From Rhodospirillaceae bacterium (GTDB lineage: Bacteria; Pseudomonadota; Alphaproteobacteria; Rhodospirillales; Rhodospirillaceae), in NCBI GenBank assembly GCA_963678075.2, contig CAXXPK010000005.1, positions 148,764 through 212,763 on the forward strand: a stretch of 64,000 nt of DNA. The letters are read 5' to 3'. Under the pieces are notes generated by a model. That model searched no databases. It saw nothing but the letters and a program-made list of their open reading frames with translations, and was not told where the DNA came from. Numbering within the stretch: position 1 is the stretch's first letter; the number at the start of each line of letters is the position of its first letter. Below, in pieces: positions 39,997 to 50,950 of this stretch. Position numbers and translations under genes: made by a program.

Positions 39997-40908
39997 TCAA
40001 TGTTCGCCCGGCGCCCGCATCGCGCAGGCGGCGGTGGTCCGGTTTTCCACCCCCAGCTTGGTGTAGATTTGTTCCAGGTGCTTATCGACGGTGCGCGGGC
40101 TCAACCCCAGGATCGCCGCGATGTCGCGGTTGGCCTTGCCGTGGGCCAGCCACAGCAGGACCTAGGATTCGCGGGCGGTCAGCTTCAGCCGATGGCGCAG
40201 GACGTCTTCGTCTCGCGCCATGGCGCCTTCGCACAAACGCAGCAGAAATTCGTTCTCTCCCACGCGCCCGACATAGGATGCACGCAGCTGCATGCCGGCG
40301 GGCGTTTCCGGCAGGGCGACCATCGCCCCGTCGGACTGTCCTTCCCCGACGATCCGCCGCAACACCGTTTCCACCGCATCCGGCAAGATCAAGCCGTCGT
40401 TCCCCGATGGAAAGGCCAGGGCCAAGCGTTCGTTCGCCTGTGGTGTCGCCCAGCGCGGATGCCCGTCGCGATCGACCGCCAGCAAATAGCGACCGGTGGC
40501 ATCCAGCGCCATGCGCGCGCTGCGGGTCATGCGCGCATTCGCCAGATGCACGCGAATCCGCGCCAACAGTTCCTGGGTGACGATCGGCTTGGTGACGTAA
40601 TCGACGCCTCCGGCCTCGAACCCCTGCACCACGTGCTCGGTCTTGCTTAGCCCCGTCATGAACACCACCGGCACGTCGGACATTTGCGGCAGCATCTTGA
40701 TTTGACGGCAGGTTTCGAACCCATCCATTTCCGGCATCACCGCATCCATCAAGACGATGTCCGGGGTGATCCGTTCCGCCGAGGCCAACGCCTGCCGTCC
40801 GTCCAAGGCCACCAGAACGGTCAGGCCCTCGCCCTCCAGGGCGTCGGTCAGCATGCTCAACGAACCCGGCATGTCGTCAACCACCAGCACGATGTCGCGC
40901 GATTTCAC
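39997..40908 (-). pseudogene. Response regulator (REC, linker domain, LuxR HTH) interrupted by an amber codon
   Basis: IVLVVDDMPGSLSML..IVLMDAVMPEMDGF runs to LKLTARES, then TAG (40162-40164), then in the same frame VLLWLAHGKANRDIAAILGLSPRTVDKHLEQIYTKLGVENRT. Confidence 0.85.
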
Positions 40909-43726
40909 GATGCGGTCTCCTCGTTCAACAGGAGCTCCAAAGTCACCCCAAGAGCCTTCAAATCGAAATCATCCGTCAACTTGCGCAGGCGTTTGACGGT
41001 TTGGCCGCAAGCGGGGGTCTCGCGGTCGATGCTGTCCAGTTTGGCGCGAATTCCCCGGACATAGCCGATGTCCACCAACGCGCGCAGTTCCTGCAAGTCA
41101 CCGTGAGCAGGGCAAGGGCCAAAGGATGTGGGCGCTGGCGGATCTTCTTCCTCCGCCGTCCAGTCCAGGCCGAGGTGTAGCCCGATTTTCTCCAGCAGTA
41201 CGGTGATTTCGAACGGCTTGACCACGAAATCGTCGAACGCATCGCCGGGGTGATTGCCGGGGCGGTATTCCTGCGCATTGGCGGAAACCATGATGATCGG
41301 TTCGGCGGGGAAGCCTTGTTCTCGCAGCTGTTTCGCGACCTCCCAGCCATTGCGATCCGGCATCGAGATATCCAACAAGAACAAATCCGGTCGGAGCCGC
41401 CGCGCCAGGGAAAGGCAGATTTCTCCGTCTGGAGCGCAGAGCATGCGAAACCCCAGCGGAGACAGCACTTCGCGCAGCAACGACAGGTGGGTGGGGTCGT
41501 CGTCGGCGGCCAACACCGTCAGCCGCCGTCCGCGATAGCCGGTGATGCGCGATGGTGAAAGTCGCGCCGCCTCGGGGTTGATGGTTTCCGACAGCATCAG
41601 GCAGACCCGGAAACGACTGCCCTTGCCGACCTCGCTGACCACCGAAATCTTGCCGCCCAGAATCTCGGTCAGCAGTTTGGTGATGGTCAGCCCCAGGCCC
41701 ATGCCGGTGACCGCGTGGTTGCGTGCTTGCCGCCCGCGTTCGAAGGGTTCGAAGACCCGGTTGATGTCCTCCGGTCCGATACCGATGCCGGTGTCCGCGA
41801 TGTCGAATTCGACCAACTGACTGCTGCGATAGCGGACGGTGAAGGTAATTCCGCCGGTGTCGGTGAATTTCAGGGCGTTGGACAGCAGATTGATCAGAAT
41901 TTGGCGCAGACGCTTGACGTCCGCGTGAACCACGGCGGGCAGTTCTGTCCGATACGGTGTATTCGAAATCGATGCCTTTTTCCCGCGCCTGCAATCGGAA
42001 CATGCCGACGATCTGATCCAGGAATTCCGGGAAGCGGACGTCCTCGATGTTCAAATGCAGGTGTCCGGCCTCGATTTTCGAGATGTCGAGCAAGCCTTCG
42101 ATCAGCCCGGAAAGATGTTCGGAACTGCGGCGAATGACGCCGACGGCGTTGCCGTATTTCCCAGGGAAAGCGGGGTCTCCCTCCAACAGTTGGGCGTATC
42201 CGAAAATTGCGTTCAACGGTGCCCGCAGCTCGTGGCTGATGCCGACGACATAGCGGGTCTTGGCCAGGTTGGCGGCCTCCGCCACTTCCTTGGCTTTCTG
42301 CAATTTCTCGTCGGTCAGTTTGTGGGCTTCGATCTCTTCCATCAACAGGGCGGTCTGGCGCTGGGTTTCCTCTTCCGCCACCCGGTGGCTTTCCCGCGCC
42401 AGGACCAAAAGCCAGGCAACCACGCCGGTGACGATGACCACCGCAGCGAAGACCTTCAGCAGGACGCCGACCAACACATCCTGGGGAATGCCGGAATGCA
42501 TGGCGGTCTGGAAATAGATCAAATACAGCACCGCCGCGATCACCGAGACCGAAAGCATCACCGTGACGACGAATCCCAAAATCGTGGCCGAGGTCTTTTC
42601 CATGATGCTTTCCGGCACCCGCGCCCAGCGCAGAAGGCTGCGCATCTGATCGGACAGGCGGGCGTTTTCCTTGCAGCCGTCATGGCAGCGGGCGTCCAGG
42701 GAACAGCACAGCGAACAGATGTGTCCGCCGTAGGCAGGGCAATACGCCATGTCTTCCGGTTCGAATTCGTATTCGCAAATGCAGCAGCGCACCAAGTCGT
42801 GTCCATCCGTCGGCATCGCCACCGGTGGACGCGCCAGATAATAGCGGCCGCGCGTTCGCGGTGGCGATCAACGGGGCCATGATCAGCGCGACCCCCAGGG
42901 CCAGAAAAACCGCGAAGCCGCGCGCCGTGTCGCCGAACGTGCCGATATGCGCCAGCGTCGCGGCCACCGTGGAGACCGCCATGCTGCCCAAGCCGACCGG
43001 ATTGATGTCGTACAGATAGGCGCGCCGGAATTCGATTCCGGCGGGGCTGAGGCCCAAGGGCTTGTTGATGACCAGATCAGCGAAGATGATTCCCAGCCAC
43101 GATGTGGCCAGAATCGAAAACAGGGTCAGGATCGGTTCCAGCCCTTCGTAGATGCCGAATTCCATCAACAGCAGGGAAATTCCCACGTTGAAGACCAGCC
43201 AGACGACGCGGCCGGGGGGGCTGTGGGTCAGCCGGGAAAAATTCGACCAGGCGATCGACCCGGCATAGGCATTGGTCACGTTGATCTTCACCTGGGCCAG
43301 GACGATGAACGCCCCGACCGCCAGCATCGCCACGGTCGGCCATGGGAATACCAGACCGAACGCCACCAGATACATGTGCGCGGGGTCTCCGGCCTGTTCG
43401 ATTTGCACGCCGCTGTTGTAGGCCAGGACCGCCAAAAACGGACCCCACCAGCAGCTTGAAACCACCCATGATGCCCAGCGATGCGGCCAGATAGCCGATT
43501 CCGGTTGGAAGCCCGAACAACAGGTTCAGCGCGGCGGCCAGGATCACCGCTTCCAGGGCGAAGAAGATTAAGGTGAACGAGGCATAGATCAAGGAGGTAA
43601 TGGTCGAGCCGATGTAACCGAACCCCGCGCAGCCGTGAAGCGCAGGGCGTAATCTTCCAAGGTTTGGTTCGCGACCCACTGATTGTATTGGCGGCGCACG
43701 CGCACGATGCGTTGTTGAATCGTCAT
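40905..43726 (-). pseudogene. Hybrid sensor histidine kinase with an N-terminal NCS1-like permease domain and a Cys-rich linker, multiply frameshifted
   Basis: Segments in different frames are:
- MTIQQRIVRVRRQYNQWVANQTLEDYALRFTA (from ATG 43726)
- AGFGYIGSTITSLIYASF.. (ORF 43077..43679)
- ..QVKINVTNAYAGSIAWSNF.. (ORF 42680..43465)
- RGRYYLARPPVAMPTDGHDLVRCCICEYE..GISHELRAPLNAIFGYAQLL..FEYTVSDR (ORF 41098..42822)
- LPAVVHADVKRLRQILINLLSNALKFT..DTGIGI..GMGLGL, then REC and an Hpt-like tail (ORF 40905..41933). Confidence 0.85.
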
Positions 43727-44122
43727 CGTGCGCCTTTCCCCATCGGCGAAATGTTACCGGAATCGGTCGGGACAGGGGTCGTCATCGTGAGCGGGGCAGG
43801 GTCAAAGCGCATGCTGTTGTCCTCATGAACCCCTCCCGATGATGTTTTCTTGGCCTGCCGAGATCGGCTCTTTCCCGGCATGCATTTCCCAGGCCGCTTT
43901 CAATCACGGCATGAACGCTCCGCGAACAACGCGAAGGCTGCGCGCGCCCGGATCGAACTGGAAAAGATTAGCGTCAATGGAATTCTGGCGAGATACGGAG
44001 AAATACGTATACGACAAACCGCGTATTTTGAATGTCTTGGCATTCTCCGACGATCCGGGGGAAAGACGGTGCCTCGTCACCGGTTTTCCGTGCTCCCGCC
44101 CTCCACGATCGAAGGAGAAGAC

Positions 44123-45347
44123 ATGATGGACCACCACGCCACGGGTTCGCGCCCGTCGAAAACCTGAAAGAACCTACTGGGGGCCGCCCTGGCCGGTCCG
44201 GCGCTGCCGACCGCTACGGTCAACGGCACCGGCCTTGCCGTCACCGACGACACGGTCACGGTGGGGATTCTGCACTCCGTCACCGGCACCATGGCGATTT
44301 CGGAAACCGGCTCGGTACAGGCGGAAAAGCTTGCGATCGAACAGATCAACGCCAAGGGCGGCATCCTGGGCCGCAAGGTGCAATTCATTCAGGAAGACGG
44401 CGGTAGCGATTGGCCGACCTTTGCCGAGAAGTCCAAGAAGTTGCTGGAAAAGGATAAGGTCGCGGCGGTGTTCGGCTGCTGAACCTCGGCCTCGCGCAAG
44501 GCGGTCTTGCCGGTGTTCGAAAAGGACAACGGTCTGCTTTATTACCCGACCTTTTATGAGGGATTGAAATAATCCCCCAACGTCTATTACACCGGCCAGG
44601 AAGCGACGCAGCAGATTCTTGCCGGTATCGACTGGGGGGTCAAGGAGAAGGGCGCCAAGACCTTCTACCTGCTGGGCTCGGACTATATCTGGCCGCGCAC
44701 CTCGAACAAGATCGCCTGCAAGCACATCGAGAAGAACGGCCTGAAGGTGGTCGGCGAGGAATACTTCCCGCTGGGACACATGCAGTTCAACTCGGTGATC
44801 AACAAGATCAAGCTGAAGAAGCCGGATGTGATCTACGCGATCATCGTCGGCGGCAGCAACGTCGCCTTTTACAAGCAGTTGAAGGCGACGGGCATTGATT
44901 TGACCAAGCAGACCCTGCTGACAATTTCGGTGACCGAGGATGAAATCCGCGGCATCGGCGGCGAGAACATCACCGGCGCCTATGCCGCGATGAAGTGTTT
45001 CCAGTCTCTGGCTAACCCCAACAACAAGGCCTTCGTCGAGGCCTTCAAGGCCAAATGGGGCAAGGACATCGTGATCGGCGACGTCACCCAGGCGGCCTAT
45101 CTGGGGCCCTGGTTGTGGAAGGCCGCGGTGGAAAAGGCCGGCAGCTTCGACGTCGATAAGGTGCGTGCCGCCTCGACCGGAATTGAGCTTCAACACCGCG
45201 CCGGAAGGCCATGTCCGCATCCACAAGAACCATCACCTGTGGAGCAAGACCCGCATCGGTCGCGCCAAGGCCGATGGTCAGTACGAGCTCATCTACGAGA
45301 CCAAGGACCTGATGGAGCCCGATCCCTTCCCCAAGGGCTACCAATAA
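44123..45347 (+). pseudogene. urtA: Urea/short-chain amide ABC transporter substrate-binding protein (UrtA/FmdD-like) with three stops and a frameshift
   Basis: RBS GAAGGAGAAG, then ATG at 44123. In-frame TGA at 44165. [23 protein letters not shown], then TGA at 44480 (family has FGCW), then TSASRKAVLPVFE..YEGLK, then TAA at 44570, then SPNVYYTG..LLGSDYIWPRT. An extra C at 45188 precedes FNTAPEGHVRIHKNHHLW. Confidence 0.88.
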
Positions 45348-45579
45348 CCGCATCCGGGTGGGGGCGGAAAACCGCCTCCGCCTTTAGCAGGGTGCGGAAA
45401 AACCATTGGACGGCTGCACTCGGGGTCTTTTCGTCAAGTCTGCGTCGCTTTTTCGCAAGATAATCCCGCTATCTTGCTTCAAACGTTACTGGTCTTGCCG
45501 AAAACCTCCTATCGTTCACTCGCCCAAGCCTTTTTCCGCGCCCTGTTAGCTCTTCAACGCGCCATCAGGGAGTTTCCCC

Positions 45580-46257
45580 ATGTTCGACGGTTACACGGCG
45601 TCCGAACTTGTTTCGATCCTCGCGATGCAGGGTTTCGCGGGTCTGATCCTGTTTTCGGTGTTTCTGCTCATGGCCGCATCCTCCCGCGTTATTCCCAACC
45701 GTTTGACCTATCTGATGGGAACGCGCCCCGAGCGCGTCGCCCTGCTGGCGTTCGCCGTGCTGATCCTGGTGGCCTTCCCCCTGGCGATGGACAGCTTCCG
45801 CCTGAACATCTTCGGCAAGTACATGACCTATGCCTTCGTCGCCGTCGGCCTGGTCCTGTGCTGGGGGATGAGCGGCATTCTGTCGCTGGGCCAGGGCGTG
45901 TTCTTCGGCCTGGGCGGGCACTGCATGGCGATGTTCCTGAAGTTGGAAGCCCCCGACCCGGTCAGCACCTCTATCCAATCGACGCTGGGCATTCCCGACT
46001 TCATGGACTGGAACCAACTGACCGCCTTGTCCTGGTTCTGGCAGCCCTTTCATAGCCTGACCTTCACCATCGTGGCGGTGGTCGTGGTGCCGACGGTCTT
46101 CGCCTTCGTCCTGGGGACCGCCTTGTTCATCGGCGTGGTGTCGGTCTTCCCCCTGGAATTGGCCGGGCTTTACGAACAGCACGTTCGTCCCCGCCTGAAG
46201 CAACTGTCCTGCTTCAAAAAGCCGCTCGCGGCGCTGTCCCCCACCCCCGGAGCATGA
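45580..46257 (+). pseudogene. urtB-urtC deletion chimera (about 30 codons of UrtB, then the front half and tail of UrtC)
   Basis: MFDGYTASELVSILAMQGFAGLILFSVFLLMA (UrtB N-terminus) is joined to ..FRLNIFGKYMTYAFVAVGLVLCWGMSGILSLGQGVFFGLGG..DFMDWN..WFWQPF (UrtC front). That is joined to VSVFPLELAGLY (UrtC-like tail). The total is 225 aa, versus roughly 900 aa expected for the two permeases. Confidence 0.75.
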
Positions 46258-46264
46258 GGCGGCC

Positions 46265-47008
46265 ATGACCAACACCAATTTCGTTCTGGCGGTCGAGGAT
46301 CTGACCGTTTCCTTCGACGGCTTCCGCGCGGTCGATGAGCTGAGCTTTTACGTCGATAGTAATGAATTGCGGGTCGGCATCGGCCCCAACGGCGCGGGCA
46401 AGACCACCGTGCTCGACCTGATCTGCGGCAAGACCAGGGCGACCGGCGGCTCCATCAAGCTCAAGGGCCAGGAACTGACCCAAATGTCGGAGCACGAAAT
46501 CGTCCGCGCCGGGGTCGGGCGGAAATTTCAGACACCGTCGATCTACGAGGACCTGACGGTGTTCGAGAATCTGGAGGTTTCCCTGCCGCGCGGGCGCTCG
46601 GTCCTGGGGGCCTTGGCCTTCCGCCGCGACGCCGACGTGGTGGCGCGGATCGAACGGATCGCCGAGGAGATTTTCCTGGCCGACCACCTGGATCAGCGGG
46701 CGGCGGTCCTCAGCCATGGCCAGAAGCAATGGCTGGAAATCGGCATGCTGCTGATCCAAGAGCCGGAACTGCTGATGCTGGACGAACCGGTAGCGGGAAT
46801 GAGCCTCAGCGAACGGGAAAAGACCGCCGAACTGCTGAAGCGCATCACCTCCGGACGTTCGGTGATCGTGATCGAGCACGACATGCGGTTCGTCAAGCAC
46901 ATCGCTCAGAAGGTCACGGTCCTGCACCAAGGCAAGATCCTGTCCGAGGGTTCCCTGACCAAGGTGCAAAACGATCCACGCGTCATCGAGGTCTATCTTG
47001 GACATTGA
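46265..47008 (+). CDS. urtD: Urea ABC transporter ATP-binding protein UrtD (reads intact)
   Basis: 247 aa. Motifs GPNGAGKTT, GRKFQTPSIYEDLTVFENLE, LSHGQKQWLEIGMLL, LMLDEPVAGM, VIEHDM. Confidence 0.88.
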   Translation: MTNTNFVLAVEDLTVSFDGFRAVDELSFYVDSNELRVGIGPNGAGKTTVLDLICGKTRATGGSIKLKGQELTQMSEHEIVRAGVGRKFQTPSIYEDLTVFENLEVSLPRGRSVLGALAFRRDADVVARIERIAEEIFLADHLDQRAAVLSHGQKQWLEIGMLLIQEPELLMLDEPVAGMSLSEREKTAELLKRITSGRSVIVIEHDMRFVKHIAQKVTVLHQGKILSEGSLTKVQNDPRVIEVYLGH

Positions 47009-47024
47009 GGAAAGGACAGACGCC

Positions 47025-47402
47025 ATGCTTCAGGTCAACGCCCTGTCCGTCGCCTACGGGGAAAGCGACGTCCTGCACGGAGTCGGGTTCTCGGCCGCCG
47101 AGGGCGAGATCGTCGCCATTATGGGACGCAACGGCATGGGGAAAAGCACCCTGATGAAGTCGCTGATCGGCATGATTCCCCATCGCGGCGGCACCATCCA
47201 CCTGGGCGGCGCCGATCTGTCCGCCCTGCCCAGCCACAAACGGGTGGAAAATGGGCTGACCATCGTTGTCTCGGAACGGGTCTTGACCTTCGCCATGAAC
47301 GTGGCCGACCGTTTTCTGGTCATGGAAAACGGCCAGTTCGTCGATGAAGTCACGGCGGCGGAAACCGACGAGGGCCGGGTCGCCGCGTTTCTGTCGGTCT
47401 AG
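47025..47402 (+). pseudogene. urtE: UrtE ATPase with an in-frame internal deletion
   Basis: MLQVNALSVAYGESDVL..GRNGMGKSTL..HKRVENG is joined to LTIVVSERVLTFAMNVADRFLVMENG. The Q-loop, LSGG signature and Walker B are absent (125 aa versus about 230 expected). Confidence 0.75.
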
Positions 47403-47431
47403 AGCACAGCCCGGATGGCTCGGCGGCGGCG

Positions 47432-48109
47432 CTATTCCTGCGCCGCCATCGGGTCGATGTCGCTGGGGGCGTGGCCGAGGTTGCGGAACATCGCCGTGAC
47501 CTTGTCCATGGCCGCGTCCAGGTCGGCGCGGTCGGTGGAGCGGCCGACGATGCAGGTGCCGATGCGTTCTCCCAGTCCGAAGGGATAGCTGCCGATATCG
47601 ACGCCGGGGCGGGTCTTCTGGATCGCGGCCAGGGGTTCGGCGATGTTGCCTTCCCGCGCCTCGGCGGTGACCGCGCGCGACAGCACCGCCGGTCCGCCGC
47701 CTAAGGTATGGGCGATGCCGTCGAACATTGCTTGCATGATGCGCGGCACCCCGGCCATGCGTAAGCGGGCGGGGTTGAGGGTCTCGCCGTAATAGGCGCC
47801 GAGCAGACGCTCGGCGTCCGGGGGGCGGACCAGCGGCACACCGAAGGCGGCGGCGATGCTGGCGGCGGTGATGTCGTCGTGGGTGGGGCCGATGCCGCCG
47901 GTGGTGAAGACATAGGTGAACCGTTCGCGGGCGGCGTTGACGGTGGCGACGATGTCCTCGGTCAGGTCGGGGATGACGTGCGCCTCCCGCACCGGAATGC
48001 CGATCTTGGCCAGCGCCTTGCCGAGGTAGGGAAGGTTTTCGTCCTTGATCCGGCCGGAGAGGATTTCATTGCCGATGACGATGACGCAGGCGGTGGATTG
48101 AACGGTCAT
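47432..48109 (-). CDS. CinA-like molybdopterin-binding (MoCF_biosynth) domain protein, shorter than family norm
   Basis: Motifs VIVIGNEILSGRIKDEN and FTTGGIGPTHDDIT. RLRMA is followed at once by GVPRIMQAMFDG; remembered homologs carry about 27 residues between them. Confidence 0.8.
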   Translation of the reverse strand: MTVQSTACVIVIGNEILSGRIKDENLPYLGKALAKIGIPVREAHVIPDLTEDIVATVNAARERFTYVFTTGGIGPTHDDITAASIAAAFGVPLVRPPDAERLLGAYYGETLNPARLRMAGVPRIMQAMFDGIAHTLGGGPAVLSRAVTAEAREGNIAEPLAAIQKTRPGVDIGSYPFGLGERIGTCIVGRSTDRADLDAAMDKVTAMFRNLGHAPSDIDPMAAQE

Positions 48110-48130
48110 GGCGGGAGCCTTCCTTTCTGT

Positions 48131-48643
48131 TCACAGCGCGTCCTGGATCGTGGTGATCAGCGGCACATCAGCGGGCGGCATCGGGTAGTCCCGCAGCCGG
48201 TTGGGGGCCACCCAGACGAGGTCCTGGCCCTCGCGACCGTGCGGCGTGCCGCGCCAGGATCGGATCATGAACACCGGCATCAGCAGGTGGAATTTCGCAT
48301 AGGCGTGGGAGGCAAAGGACAGCGGTCGCAGACAGCCGGGCCGGGTTTCGATGCCCAGTTCCTCGTCGAGTTTGCGGATCAGGGCCAGTTCCGGCGGTTC
48401 GCCGTCGTTCATCTTGCCGCCCGGGAACTCCCACAGGCCCGCCATCGACTTGCCCTCCGGCCGTTGCGCCAAAAGGACGCGGCGGTCGGGGCCGACCAGG
48501 ACCCCGGCCACCACCAGAACGATGGGCAGGCCGGGGATCAGGGTCGGGCCGTGGGCGTTCCAGCAATCGCGGGGGTCGCCGTCGATGCCTTTCGCCGCGC
48601 TCGCGTCAGGTACGGTAGTCGGCGTTGATGTTGATGTACTCAT
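48131..48643 (-). CDS. mutT: NUDIX hydrolase, MutT-type (8-oxo-dGTP diphosphatase)
   Basis: Nudix box [24 protein letters not shown], preceded by [20 protein letters not shown]. The start is uncertain; the ATG at 48643 overlaps the argJ 3' end by 38 bp. Confidence 0.8.
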   Translation of the reverse strand: MSTSTSTPTTVPDASAAKGIDGDPRDCWNAHGPTLIPGLPIVLVVAGVLVGPDRRVLLAQRPEGKSMAGLWEFPGGKMNDGEPPELALIRKLDEELGIETRPGCLRPLSFASHAYAKFHLLMPVFMIRSWRGTPHGREGQDLVWVAPNRLRDYPMPPADVPLITTIQDAL

Positions 48644-49841
48644 GGGTCAGATCGCAGGTCCACACGGTTGCCTTGCCCTTGCCGACCCCGACATCCACCG
48701 CGATGTCGATGGAACGGCCCTTGAAGTGCTTGGCCACCGGGGTTTCGTCGTAGCCCGGCACCACCTGCCCGGCGGCGGCGACCGGGATGCCGCCGATCGT
48801 GATCGAGAGCTTGTCGCGGTCGGCTTTTTCCCCCGATTTGCCGACCGCCATCACGACGCGGCCCCAGTTGGCGTCCTCGCCCGCGATCGCGGTCTTGACC
48901 AGCGGCGAGTTGGCGATCGCCAGTCCGATGGTGCGCGCCGCCTTGGCCCCCGCCGCGCCGGTGACGGTGATCGCGACGAACTTGCCGGCGCCCTCGCCGT
49001 CCTTGACGATCTGTTGCGCCAAATCGATCAGCGCCGCGTTCAGGGCCTTCTTAAAGCCCTTCAGTCGCTTGTCGGCGGCGGTCTTGACCGTTTTGTGGGG
49101 GGCGGCGCGGGTGGCGAACAGCAGCAGGGTGTCGGAGGTCGAGGTGTCGCTGTCCACGGTGATGCTGTTGAAGGATTTGTCCGTGCCGTCCTTCAGCAGG
49201 GACTGCAACACCTCGGACGGCAGGTTGGCGTCGGTGAAGACGAAGGCTAACATCGTCGCCATGTCGGGGGCGATCATGCCCGAGCCCTTGGCAAAGCCGG
49301 AAATCGTCACCGGCACGCCGTCGATTTCGACGGTGGCGGTGGCGGCCTTGGCGAAGGTGTCGGTGGTCATCACGGCGCGGGCCGCCGCTTCCCAGGCGTT
49401 GGCGGTCAGGTCTTTTTGCGCCTGCGGCAGAATGGCGGTGATCTTGGAGGCATCCAGCGGCACGCCGATGGTGCCGGTGGAAGCGATGAAGACCTCCGAC
49501 GCCTTGCAGCCGAACAGCTTCGCGGCGGCGGCGGCGGTTTCCTCGACCGCGGAGACGCCCAGTTTCCCGGTGAAGGCGTTGGCGTTGCCGGAATTCACCA
49601 CGACGACACGGGCGCTGCCGCCGGTCAGCGCGTCGCGGCACCAATCGACCGGCGCGGAACATGTCTTGGAGCGGGTGAAGACGCCCGCCACCGTGCTTTT
49701 CGGGGGCAGTTTGGCGACCATCAGGTCGGGCCGCCCGGCATAGCGTAGCCCGGTGTTGCCGGTGGCGAAACGCACCCCGGCGACCGGGGAAAGCGCCGGG
49801 AACTCAGCGGGAGCGAAGGGGGAAACGTAGACTTTGGTCAT
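48606..49841 (-). CDS. argJ: Bifunctional glutamate N-acetyltransferase / amino-acid acetyltransferase ArgJ
   Basis: Motifs [45 protein letters not shown]. The start [11 protein letters not shown] at 49841 lies inside ORF 48606..49895. Confidence 0.95.
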   Translation of the reverse strand: MTKVYVSPFAPAEFPALSPVAGVRFATGNTGLRYAGRPDLMVAKLPPKSTVAGVFTRSKTCSAPVDWCRDALTGGSARVVVVNSGNANAFTGKLGVSAVEETAAAAAKLFGCKASEVFIASTGTIGVPLDASKITAILPQAQKDLTANAWEAAARAVMTTDTFAKAATATVEIDGVPVTISGFAKGSGMIAPDMATMLAFVFTDANLPSEVLQSLLKDGTDKSFNSITVDSDTSTSDTLLLFATRAAPHKTVKTAADKRLKGFKKALNAALIDLAQQIVKDGEGAGKFVAITVTGAAGAKAARTIGLAIANSPLVKTAIAGEDANWGRVVMAVGKSGEKADRDKLSITIGGIPVAAAGQVVPGYDETPVAKHFKGRSIDIAVDVGVGKGKATVWTCDLTHEYININADYRT

Positions 49842-49907
49842 CGAGGCTCTCCTCGGGCAGGTGGCGGAAGCGGCCTTCGGAAACGGCGTTTCCAAAGGCC
49901 GGGTCGG

Positions 49908-50753
49908 TCAGGGTTTTGCCGGCAATCCGTCCAGCGCGAAACGTTTGATTTGCGCGCCTTGGCGCAGGCCCTTGACGATTTCCATGGCGACTTCGCCGGC
50001 GGCCTTGTCATGCAGTTGCGGCTTCAGGTCCTCGAAACTGGGGGCCTTGGCGGGGCGCCGGCCCTCGACCTTGATGACGTGCCAGCCGAACTGGGTCTTC
50101 ACCGGTTCGGTGCTGAAGGCGTCGATCTTCAGGGCGAAGGCGGCGTCGGCGAAGGGCTTCACCATGTCCGCCTGCTTGAAGTAGCCCAGATCGCCGCCGC
50201 CGCTTGCCGAGGGGCCGGTGGACTTTTCCTTGGCCAGGGCCGCGAAGTCCTTGCCCGATTTCAAGGCCTCGATCACCGCGCGGGCATCCTTTTCGGTTTC
50301 AAGAAGGATGTGGCGGGCGTGGATTTCCTCCTGCGGCGGGTTTTCCTTCAGCCAAGCGCTGTAATCGGCCCTCAACTGCGCCTTGGTGATCTTTTTGTCG
50401 ATCTCGCGGGTCAGATAGACGGTGCGCAGGATCTGCCGCTCCGCCGCCTTGATGTTGCGCTGCACCATCGGGTCCGTATCCAGGCCGGACTTGCGGGCTT
50501 GCGCGGCGACCAGGGCCAGATCGATGACGTTGTCGAGAAGCGCGTCGTAGACATGCTCCAACGGCACATCCTTCAAATAGGGGACGGCGGCGCGAATCTG
50601 CTCCAGCGCGGAGCGGTGGATATCCTCGCCGTTGACGGTGGCGACCACCGGGTCGTCGTCGGCTCGGGCCGACGGCGCGGCGGCAAGGCAAAGGGCGGCA
50701 ACGACCGCGAAACCGGCGGCCCGGATGGTGAAGGCGGAAAAAAGGGCGCTCAT
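49908..50753 (-). CDS. Periplasmic parvulin-type peptidyl-prolyl isomerase (SurA/PrsA-like)
   Basis: Signal peptide MSALFSAFTIRAAGFAVVAALCLAAAPSARA. The rotamase block is HARHILL..GGDLGYF..MVKPFADAAF..QFGWHVIKVE. Confidence 0.88.
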   Translation of the reverse strand: MSALFSAFTIRAAGFAVVAALCLAAAPSARADDDPVVATVNGEDIHRSALEQIRAAVPYLKDVPLEHVYDALLDNVIDLALVAAQARKSGLDTDPMVQRNIKAAERQILRTVYLTREIDKKITKAQLRADYSAWLKENPPQEEIHARHILLETEKDARAVIEALKSGKDFAALAKEKSTGPSASGGGDLGYFKQADMVKPFADAAFALKIDAFSTEPVKTQFGWHVIKVEGRRPAKAPSFEDLKPQLHDKAAGEVAMEIVKGLRQGAQIKRFALDGLPAKP

Positions 50754-50950
50754 GGATGGACAACCTGAGGGGGATGAAACGATCGAGCCCGATCCGGCGG
50801 AGCAAAACCCTGCCACGCACGCGGGCCTTCGCATATATCCGACGCTTTTGGATCGCGCACAAGGGGCCGCCTGCGCGCTTCATCGGGAATTTTCGATAAC
50901 GCGCGCAGGAACCGCCGACAAGGGGCGTTTTCACCCCTGGTTCGGCGGTG

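Noticed and set aside
43727-44122. Sigma-54 promoter or regulator operator in the kinase-urtA divergent spacer (TGGCAT.. and TGGCCTGCC.. strings; 7-bp inverted repeat AAATACG-N14-CGTATTT near 44000-44030).
   Set aside because: Neither TGGCA string has a correctly spaced TTGC/TGC -12 element. The inverted repeat is short and unsupported by a second copy.
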